From: Trichinella spiralis
Taxonomy: Eukaryota
Reading direction: 5' to 3'
DNA: 64,000 nt
NCBI RefSeq assembly: GCF_000181795.1
Contig: NW_003526948.1
Span: 269,006 to 333,005 of the forward strand
The stretch's first letter is position 1, and each line of letters opens with the position of its first letter. Under the pieces are notes generated by a model. The model made no database searches. It was given only the letters and a program-made list of their open reading frames with translations, and was not told the origin of the DNA. The translations under genes and the position numbers were made by a program. Below, one piece after another: positions 54,471-64,000 of the stretch.

Positions 54471-57400
54471 TCGGTGCAGTGATTTGAATATATTCTGTAC
54501 GTTGGTTTGTTTCAGGAATTGGAATTTCATGGTGTGATGAGATTCTATTTTCAAGATTCGGGCCAAAAAATGGCCACGAAATGCATCCGAGTTTCCAGTA
54601 CGGCCACCACCAGGGCAGTTATAGAGGCTTTGATTGAAAAATTCCACGCCGATCTGCGGCTTCTGTCCACGCCGAGCTATTCACTTTGGGAAGTGCACGA
54701 GAACGGTGAAAAGCGGAAATTGCTTGCCGACGAAAAGCCGCTTCTTGTTCAACTGAATTGGCACAAGGATGATCGTGAGGGTCGGTTTTTGTTGCAGATG
54801 GACAAAGCTGACCAACAGCCCAACATGCTTCCAGTGGAGGCGATTGAAAATGGTACCACCAGCATGAGGAGAAAATTGTCGAAACGTGAATCGAAAAAGT
54901 TGGAAAAGCAGCAAAAAATGAACCAAATTCGAGAAGCTGAAGATGTGACAAAATTACTGTACTCGGCTGTGCCGAATACAAATTTTACCCGGACAATTTC
55001 GAATCCAGAAATTGTGATGAAAAAGCGTCGAGAAAGGAAGCTTGAACAAAAATTGAAAGATCTCGGCGAAGGTATGCCAATAATGCTGAGCTTGTTTGTT
55101 TGTTTATTTGTTTGTTTGTTGTGTGATCCAGGTGGAAGTTTGAAAATTTATGGTGAAGACTTGAGCGAAACAAAACCTTACGTAACGTTGTTGCTGTCGT
55201 TGCGTGATCGTGCTGACAAAGTTGTCAGAGAGACGTTGGAAAAGTACGGATTGGACAGGCATTGTTCGGATGAATTTTGCCTGGTTCAGCTTTGTACCAA
55301 TGAGCAGGGGGACATTTTTGAGCGTATCCTTGACAAAGATGACTGTCCGTTGTTGATCCTTGCCCAAGAAGGAAATGAAAGTAAGCATTTGAAAGCAGTT
55401 GTTAATTATTCTGCTTATACATTTTTCTCGTTGGTGGGATACTCGTTGAAGAGTTTGCTAGGCTCTTTTGAAATTCAAAGACCAAGGATTATAATATGCA
55501 AGTTTGTTCTTTTGAAAATTATACTCTTTTATCGTTCTCTTTCCATTGATTCTCCTTCTCCAATGACGGTTTCATTTCTCCAATTTTTCTTTCAAATTGT
55601 TCTTTTTATTTTTATTTATTGAAGTTCAATTGCGCATGACATGACTGCAATTCAGCTTTTCTTCAACTTAAGATGAACTAATAGCATTCATTATTTATCA
55701 ATGGGATCATTTTCAGCCGTTGCCCACGGCTGCATTGTTCTGTTCTTCTTCAAACTGTTCAAAGTTAACGTAATTTATTTTTCCAATTCCAGTCATATAT
55801 TTATTTGCATATATTTACTTTTCACTAGTAATTCTATTAAATAAGCAAGAAAAGAAAATAGCCCATGGGATGTACGGGCCAATGAATATGTTGTTGGTGG
55901 TGATTGTTTTTTATTATTAAAAAATTTTTTTTCCATACATTAGGCAATTGTGTGACGTTTCACGTGCGAAGAAAGCCGTCGACTTTGTCCCGTTCAACTG
56001 TTGGCTTCACTGGTGCAGCCGGTCGAATTGCCGACGGTCCACGTCCACCAGCACAGCCGGAGCAGCACAACAACAAGCTGGATACGTTGCCTTACTTGCT
56101 TGAAATCAATCCAGGTAAAACGACCACCATCGACGACCAAAAAGCTAATATTTGCACAAATGCTTTATGAAGGCATATGGTTTTTATTATTTTATTTCTT
56201 TCTTTTTTGTGTCAGACGGAAGTGAACCAGCTGGGGCTAGTCGGATATTTGTCATCAGGCCCAACGTTACTGAAGTTGGCTCGGACCGCACTTTCACCAA
56301 GCCAGGCGTCCAAGCACTATGCGTAAATAAAAGAGAAATTCTCTTCTATTTAAAAATGTTCATTCATCATCATGTGTGAAGAATTTTTTTTTGTTTTTTG
56401 CTGCTTTTCAGCTTTACGGACCGCATGTGCATCCCAGGCACTGTGTCATTGCTTTCATGGATGGTTTGACCACGCTGACGCCGTGCGATGCGACGGCCGA
56501 AATTACTGTCGACGATGTATCCATAACTGAAACGACCATTTTAAAGCAAAACAATTTGATACGAATCGGTGGAATTCATCTTTTTCGATTTTATGAAACT
56601 GGTGGTGAAGTATGTGCAATGCTATGCTATTCATATTATATTTCATGTTTGTGCTTGTTTATTTTTTAGAATATGAATAGCGTTCATGCAGAAGCTTTCA
56701 TGAAACCGAACAACAACAACAACAGTATTAATGATAATAATGCTTCTTACGGTTCTGTAATTGGATCTGGTCGGTAAGTTTTGTTTATTAATTCTTTTTT
56801 TTGATCTGCATATGTTCAATTTGGTTTTCGAAAATCTAGTGAAAACAAGAAGTTATAAATAATTCAATTGAAGACTCTTCTTTTTATCTTTTACTTTCGC
56901 CATTTCAAACTGCCATTTCCTCTGTGATTTACGTCATCTGTGCCAAAGTAATTGTCTTCATCATTTAATTTATTGATTAATAATTTCTCTTTGACTATTC
57001 CCTTGAGATAAGATTAGTTAGTCAGTGGTGATTTAGCTGAAAAATTGAAATATTGCTGCCCATTTTTGCGTAAATTTTTAGCTAAAATTGAAAATTACGA
57101 CGTGTTTCATCTTTCAAATAACTTCTATGATTAAATTGAAATTAATAATGTGAATTTTTGTAGAAATAAATTTTATTCTCATTTCACAAAAGCAGATCCA
57201 CTGCGGTGTTTAATTATGACGCCAAAAATTATTCGCTGTGCATTATTTAAAGCTGCCAACGGTAAGGTTGTCATCCACAGTGGTGATGACCTTTTGACCT
57301 CTGGCAGTAAGCCAACTGGAGAGGACTGTAATTTTTAATGCTTCACCAAGGCCTTTTTTTTCCACTCCTCTTCTATTGTTACTGGCATTTGTCCTCCGGG

Positions 57401-60400
57401 TGAGATAGTCTGAACATATAGATGATGGCATTTTATTTATGCTGTGGCATCTCAAATTGCCGACTTTTCCATTGTTACCATTCAGTAATGATTATTGTTC
57501 AGTCGTTCGATTTCACCTGCTGTTTCTCAACTGATCAAGCATTTCAATTGGCCATTGTGCATTTTTTTTTCAAATCATTGCTTTGAAAGTGGTCGTTGAA
57601 AAGGATAATGTCCACGACCAAATATTGTACAGAAACGAAATGTTTTTCTTTTCTTTTTTAATGATTGTCAAGTACAATTTTTTTGAACTGTAAATTATCA
57701 TAACGAATTTCGTACTAAAATGACGTAACAGATCCTATCAAGTTATTATTAGATTCAACTGTGAATTGATAATGGTGAAATCATATTTTTATTATAAATA
57801 TACTGTTGTCGTGCGTGGTAGTTGTTCAGCAGAGTGCCGAGGAGGGGTTGGAGGAGGAGGAGGAGGAGTAAAATAATTTGTAAAAGTGGGCTGGTGCATT
57901 AAAAACGAATTCGCTTCACAAACTGCCGCTTTGTATGCGCATTGTAAATTGAGCTGAGAGAAGGGAAAATTACTGTTTACCTTGAAATTCTCTACTCGGG
58001 TTGCAATTTTTCAGCTGTTCAGCATTGCGCATACTGCTTCAACAGGAGGATTTTTGCTTTGCTGTTGTTTTTTGTTTTGTTTTTATTGATTTGGCAAATT
58101 GTAATAGTACTGTGTGTGTGTGTGTGCGGGTGATGAGATGAAACTGAGAACACTTTTTAGCGCTGCTGATTCCAACATTAACGGCATGGAACGAATTTTA
58201 CATGCCGCCGGTGGCATGTCGCCAAGAGCACAAGAACTGGCGACCAACGCGAAATTTCTCGCCCGTACTTCTTCCAACTTGGAAGATGTGATTCCAGCTT
58301 TGTTTGAATTTTCCAACAACAGTATGTTGGTTTGTTTTCTCGATCGTTGTTATTGCTCCTTATTATTTTTTCTGATTGTATTTTTGCTGTTGAATTTTCA
58401 GTTGAAGATGATTTACTCAAAGCGATCATTGGCGAGCTGATTCCGTCGAACGTTTCATTCAAGCTCACGCCAGCTTACATGCTGTACATGTGCTGTCGGT
58501 ACCGAATTGTGAGACATTTGGATGTTGGTCGATCGTGGAACGCTTGTTCTTCATCGTTGAACTGCTTTTTAACCAAAACTTCCAGAATGATCAGCGAAAC
58601 TGTGCAGGTATGAAAAATGAGATGTGTGATATTTTTTGAATAAAGAATAAAATTTGACAAAAAAAACAACAATTTCCAGGCTCATTGCCAAGATGCTGGT
58701 GCGTTGGCATTTTGGATGTCGAACTTGGCTGAAGCGTTGAATTTTTTGAAATTGGACGTCGATTTAGCAGCTTGTTCATCTCCAGAACCGCAAGGATCAA
58801 TGGCGGATTTGATTCAAAAAGCATTCGATCATTTGACCGTGTGTTTGAAACAAGATCTGCACACTGCGATGCCACCAATTTTGGATCCACAAGCGTTAGA
58901 TCAAGCAGCCACTGGTAAAATATTGTCATTGTTGTTGATATCATTGTTTTAATGATGATTTTTTTTAATCTTCAGAGCCATGTTTACATGTGCTGAACTG
59001 TGTGATGAATTTGTTGCGAGTGAATCGTGTCAACGCCGCTTTAACAATACAATTATTTTCACAACTCTTCCACTATATTAACATGTATTTGTTCAACTGG
59101 TTGATCAGTTCCGAAGGTAGTGTATATTGCTGTCGTCGTTGGGGTATCAAATTGCGAAGCCGTCTGTCCTATGTACTTGCCTGGGCTGAAAAGCAAGGCT
59201 TGGAATTAGCAGCCGAATGTCGTCTAGTTCGAATATTGGAGGTCTTTGTTTTATTCTATTTTTATTATTTCGTCAAGATCAATGAGTGAATGATTCACTT
59301 TTGCAGGCTTCGCAACTTTTGCAATTGGATTTCAAACGTGGCTTTACGAAATTGAACAGCTTGCAAACGGCATCTCTTCTCGAACGCTACATACCCGAAG
59401 CTGATGAACCTCCGTTGGACCGTGAAACGGTTACGGCCCTGATTCAGGTAGTTGGTTAATTTCAAATTTATTACTTGCCTGGTTTCGGTCAACTTGGCGG
59501 CTATCAAAACTGACAAGCAACCAAGCTGTTCAAATAAATAGATGGAAATATAAGTTGACTAGGAGTGGAAAATTGCCCTCCCAGTGGAACATGATTGATT
59601 TTCTGACGTTGAGGATGCTGACGACTTCTTCTTCTTCTTCTTCTTATTGCTTCTTTCTTCTGTCGTCATCTGACGACGACGGTTCCTTTCTTCTTGTGAA
59701 ATTTTAGCGTGGAAAAAGAGAGAATCACTATTATTTTTTATTTTGTTGTTTTTGTTTATTCGTTATTGGTTTAAACTATTTTATTGTGAATTTCAATTTT
59801 AAGTTTGCCGAACGTGAGGTTGATCGATGCCAAAGCTACGAGCATGTACCATTGCAGCTGGAAGAGGAAATTGACTTGCTCTTGCCATTTCTGATACCAG
59901 ACGACGGTTATTCTCCTGAAATGGTGCGTGGCATTCCGGCAGGTTTGCAAGACTTTGCCAACAGTCTTGCTCAACGAGGTACGTGCTTGGGTCAAATTTG
60001 CACTTTCACTTTCTATTTCATTATTCATTTTTTCATATTCAAATTGATAACAGTAATGAAATGTTAATAAAAATAAGGAAACTTTTCATTTTACGTAATA
60101 TATATTCTGTAATGTATTTTATTTTGTATACTTTGTTCAATCTTTCATATATGTAATTGTAATTGAAATGTCACAATTTTTATTTTATTTTATTTTTTTT
60201 GAATAAATGTCAATATTCATTTATTGATAAACAATATTTTATTTGTATTTCATTTGTAATTGTTTGAAATGTATTGGGTATGAAAAATGTTGACTGATTG
60301 TTGATCTTCTTTGTTGAATTTTTTTTCTTGCAATTGAATTCATTTCCTCAGTGGAAGTTGTGAATGCTTATCCAAATTATATATTATTATTTTGTTTGAT

Positions 60401-60491
60401 TTTTTTAGGCTTTGGACAGTTGCTAATTCAGCCTACTTCATCCGGATCATGGGCTGTTCACTTCAGCGGAGACAGTTTATTCGACATTCCA
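52386..60491 (+). CDS. AFDN: Afadin / AF-6 / canoe (afd-1), 5' part; PDZ and C-terminus lie beyond the identified exons
   Basis: N-terminus WNASRLDLFALCEPNEELEFHGVMRFYFQD; RA1 KCIRVSSTATTRAVIEALIEKF; RA2 GGSLKIYG...PYVTLLL; FHA LYGPHVHPRHCVI; DIL AFWMSN...NAALTIQLFSQLFHYINM...WAEKQGLELAAECRL. Exons: 52386-52499, 54516-55071, 55132-55380, 55944-56114, 56216-56322, 56412-56609, 56670-56773, 58161-58321, 58402-58607, 58680-58914, 58976-59241, 59307-59447, 59804-59978, 60409-60491. Confidence 0.96.
53394..53460. repeat. Compound (ATT)n-(AGT)n microsatellite in afadin intron 1
   Basis: Direct read. Confidence 0.95.
54414..54468. repeat. (AT)n microsatellite
   Basis: Direct read; lies about 45 nt upstream of afadin exon 2. 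Confidence 0.95.
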
Positions 60492-62876
60492 GTAAGTAGA
60501 TATGCACTCATTTTTATTCATTAACTTCGTACAATTTGCATAATAGTTACTTTTTATTTGCATACATTGTTGAAGGATAATTTAATTAAATTGTAAATTT
60601 GCATATTTGAGTAATGAAGGAGAATGTACATTTCTAACCCAAAAGGAGAAACATTTTCGAAAGAATAAAGCGAATAATAATGATAATAATATATCAGTTG
60701 GCAAGAGAATTAATTGTTGATCAGCTTTCATCTGTTATTTGCTACTGAGTTGGATGGATGACGGAGAGTGAGATAATTTTTGCTTAATCTGCACTGAAAT
60801 GTATAATTTCGTTTCATCGTTTCAATTGGAATGTTTTATCAAATGGGTGATGTTCTTACTTTTATTTTATCAAGGGAAATGTGCATTTTTGCTCCCCCTT
60901 GTTGTCGATTTACCGAAACATTTTAAAAATTTTTAAATGAGAAAGTGATAAGAAAATTGCATTAACATGTTTATTGTCTTGATATTAGTTAGCATATTTA
61001 AAATTGCAAATTAATTGACAAATGTTCCATTAGACATTGACAATTAGTCTCAGCTAATGTGGAACATTTTCCATCCGAAAGCATTGCCTCGAACAGAAAA
61101 GCACAAAGTGCAAATTTCCACTATTTGCTTGATATGTTCAGTTCAAGCGTGAGATACTTGTTGGAAAGGATTATTATTATCATTTTCTGATTGTACAGTA
61201 GCACCGTTTAACAATTTAAGCCAGTTTGAATTGCACAACAAATTAGCTAATTCATATTATTCTTTTTCTTTCATCAATTGCACTGCACCAACTGAAATTA
61301 TCAATACGTGACCAATGAGAGAGATAGAGAGAGGAGAGGGCGCGCGTGTGTGTATGGAAATTTTGCAATAATTGTAATAATTATGCAATGAATATTTTCA
61401 TTGCGAAAAGATGATTTTATAGTGACAGAGGGCTTTCATGGAAATTTTATTATTGATTGTTCGATTCACTTATTTATACGAGCAACAGAGAAGAAAAAAG
61501 TAAAAAAAGAAGAAATCAATATGATTATTCCTATTGTGGCAGCTGTTGAATGAATGGGAAATTTAAAAGGTTTTTTTTTAAATAAATGATCCAAGATGGG
61601 TGAAATGGATATTTTTGAAAGAAAACAAAAAAGTAATTAAAATTGAAAGCAAATTTATAAATAATTTACAGAGAATGAATGAACAGACTAGCTTTTAGCA
61701 AGCCGGTCGGTTGTTGCCGGTTGCCAGTTGTGAGAGGATCTTTGACGTTATTTATTGTTAGCCGTGTGTGTGTGTGTGCATTGCTGCAATGTTTGCAAAA
61801 ATGCTTGTCGCGCGATTGGTGGGAAGTTTTATTTTCCACAATTGCCAGCTTTTGGCAGACGGCATTCTGTTGACGTTGTTGTTGGCTTTGCAGTGGATAA
61901 AATGTGGGCTTTTGATGGTGATTCGTATCCTGACTGACCGATCGTGTGACGACGTTCCGGCAGCGACGCTTTTGCTCTTTAGCTGAGCAACTTTGCCAAA
62001 GCTTGTCGGCACTCAGTTTTATCGATCCATTGGCCAGTGCTGCGGCGTTGCGCGAAAACCAGAACCAATAATATATATAAAGTGCACACTAGCGCTGTTT
62101 CACTGTGCATGCGTGTGCCTGTGTGCGTGGATGTGTATGTTTATGTGTATAAGTTTGGTGTATTTGATGAGTGCCGTGAGTATTGAAGATTTTCTGCTTC
62201 ACTTAATTGAACGCTCAAAGAAATCCGCCTCCAAGTCGGCTAAATTTGACCCAGGTTTTCTCTTCAGGCTGAGTTGAGTAAATTTCACCAACATCTCCAT
62301 CATCTGAACTATATAAAATCTACTATATTATATTGTTGCCTTCATTATTATTTCAACTTTGAAGATTATTGTTTTTTCTTTGCTTTCACTTTCATTTATT
62401 TCTTCACTACTGTTGCTTCTGCCAATCTCAGCAGTATCATAAAATGCACAACAATAATCTGACGTCGATGATGATGAACAATAGCGGCGACCTAGCAGCG
62501 CACAACAGGAAAGCTTTTACCGGCACTAGGTTGATTGAAAAAATGGGTGCCATACCAACACCTCTGCTTTTGCTGCAAAAACGGCAGGTGAGCACCGTCT
62601 TCATAGCATACACGCATCTGCTGCATTGTGTTTTTTGATTCTTTAATTTTATTCGAAACTTTTAGATTTTGTAAAATAATATTAATTTCAACAAAATTAA
62701 TGAATTGCATATTCACCAATTCTATATTAATCCTTCTTGCATTGTGTTGTTGGTGCTTTCATCAATATAAATTGAAATAATCTTATTATTTGAAGTTATT
62801 TTTACCGCAATAGGTGATTGTAATAGTTGTTTCACTTTTCAGTTATTACTTTTATAAATTTAATTCATCATCATCA

Positions 62877-62910
<34 letters not shown>

Positions 62911-63336
62911 TCATGTGATGGTTTTGTATTTCAAAGGTAGAGAAATCTTCTTTTCAAAAGTATTCTCTTCTATACTTTTCATTATTGCTCCAATGCTGAG
63001 AATGGTCAAATTGAATTGATTTGGATCTGAATTATATATTTTATTGTTTCTTATATTCAAATTAAGTTATATTAATGAATGAATGTGTTTATTGATTATT
63101 TTTTTAAAAATATTGGTTAAATTCTTCTCTACGGGCATCTTTGTTTGTTTCGACGAACTTTCACTATTTAGAATCTCGACGTTTTTGCTAAATTACTGGT
63201 GACGTTTTCTGCTTTTGAACATCGAATTCAATTTGCAAATTTTTCTTGTTGAAAAGAAATGAAATGAAATACAGTCAGTCTTTTTCGCCGTTTGAAAAAG
63301 CAATAGGAGGAAGGACATGCTGTTAACACATCCTCT

Positions 63337-63376
63337 CCCTCCCTCCCTCCCTCCCTCCCTCCCTCCCTCCCTCCCT
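63337..63376. repeat. (CCCT)n tetranucleotide repeat abutting an assembly gap
   Basis: Direct read. Confidence 0.95.
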
Positions 63377-63386
63377 NNNNNNNNNN
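63377..63386. other. Assembly gap (10 N)
   Basis: Run of n characters. Confidence 1.
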
Positions 63387-64000
63387 AAAATTTTTTTTTA
63401 AAAAAAAAATTCCAAAAAAAAAAAGGCCACCTTTCCCCCCCCGAGGATTGGAAGGAAAAACGAAAATATTCTCCCCCCCCCCCTTCAGGTTTTTTTCAGG
63501 GAAAAGGGGAAATTTTTCCCCTTCCTTTGTAGACAAAGGAAAAAATGCAAAATTTTCCCCCCCTCTCTGGTGGGGCAGGACAAAACCGCACATTCTCCCC
63601 CTCCCCTTGGGAGGGGGGGAAAAACCATTAAAACTCCCCCCCCCATTGGAGGCCGGGGGGAAACAAATTAAATTCTCCCCCCCTTTTTTCAGCGGGGAAA
63701 AGCTTAGGCTTTCCCCACTAAAAGGAAAGGAGGAGCCGTGCGTTCTGCCTCCCCAAAGAGCAAGGAAAGAGTTTCCACTTTCCCTTGTATAAGGGAAGGG
63801 GAGCTTCACGCTCCGAGGATGGGGGCCCATTTTTGGTCTCTCCATCCTCCGCCTGCATTAAATATTTCAAGTCCCATTTCCGGCATGTTTGCCATTTCGC
63901 AGAACTCATTTATGCCAGACTTTATCTGTTTGTTTGTATTACATTGCACATTTATCGTTTTTTTGAAAAATAAAATTTTTCATTAATAAAGAAATGTTGT

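Noticed and set aside
63387..63860. 205-aa G/F/P/K-rich ORF (63228-63845) and overlapping ORFs
   Set aside because: They span or abut the N gap. The DNA is dominated by homopolymer runs typical of low-quality read ends after a (CCCT)n tract, so this is likely an assembly artefact.
1..64000. tRNA, rRNA, conserved miRNA, CRISPR or prokaryotic-type systems
   Set aside because: None recognised by eye, and the gene structure is spliceosomal. A tRNAscan-SE/Infernal run would be needed to exclude small RNAs formally.

Overview
AT-rich eukaryotic (metazoan) genomic DNA with short GT-AG introns, many TTTCAG/TTTTAG acceptors and abundant microsatellites. The style suggests a nematode, possibly a Trichinella-like clade I species; this is inference only. 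The supplied ORF track misses most real genes because they are spliced, so gene models were built by hand from splice sites and reading-frame phase. Content in order: (1) ~18 kb without recognisable coding sequence, containing GC-richer enhancer-like blocks; (2) an intronless FoxQ2-class forkhead gene (-); (3) a ~25-exon orphan gene (-) encoding a ~625-aa, probably disordered protein with four RxLSxxF-type repeats; (4) a small BTP/histone-fold (SUPT7L/TAF8-like) gene (-); (5) UDP-glucose 6-dehydrogenase, head-to-head with it (+, 11 exons); (6) a PH-PTB IRS/Dok-like adaptor (-); (7) a type I PIP5K (+, ~13 exons); (8) an intronless, divergent SLC7/LAT amino-acid transporter (+); (9) the 5' part of afadin (+, RA-RA-FHA-DIL, runs off the window). 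The window ends with an N gap and probably low-quality sequence. I found no rRNA, tRNA, CRISPR array or intact transposon, and no clearly new multi-gene system. The best leads are the orphan repeat gene, a candidate poison micro-exon in PIP5K, a 9-nt micro-exon and an internal first exon in afadin, and the retrogene-like LAT with altered binding-site motifs.
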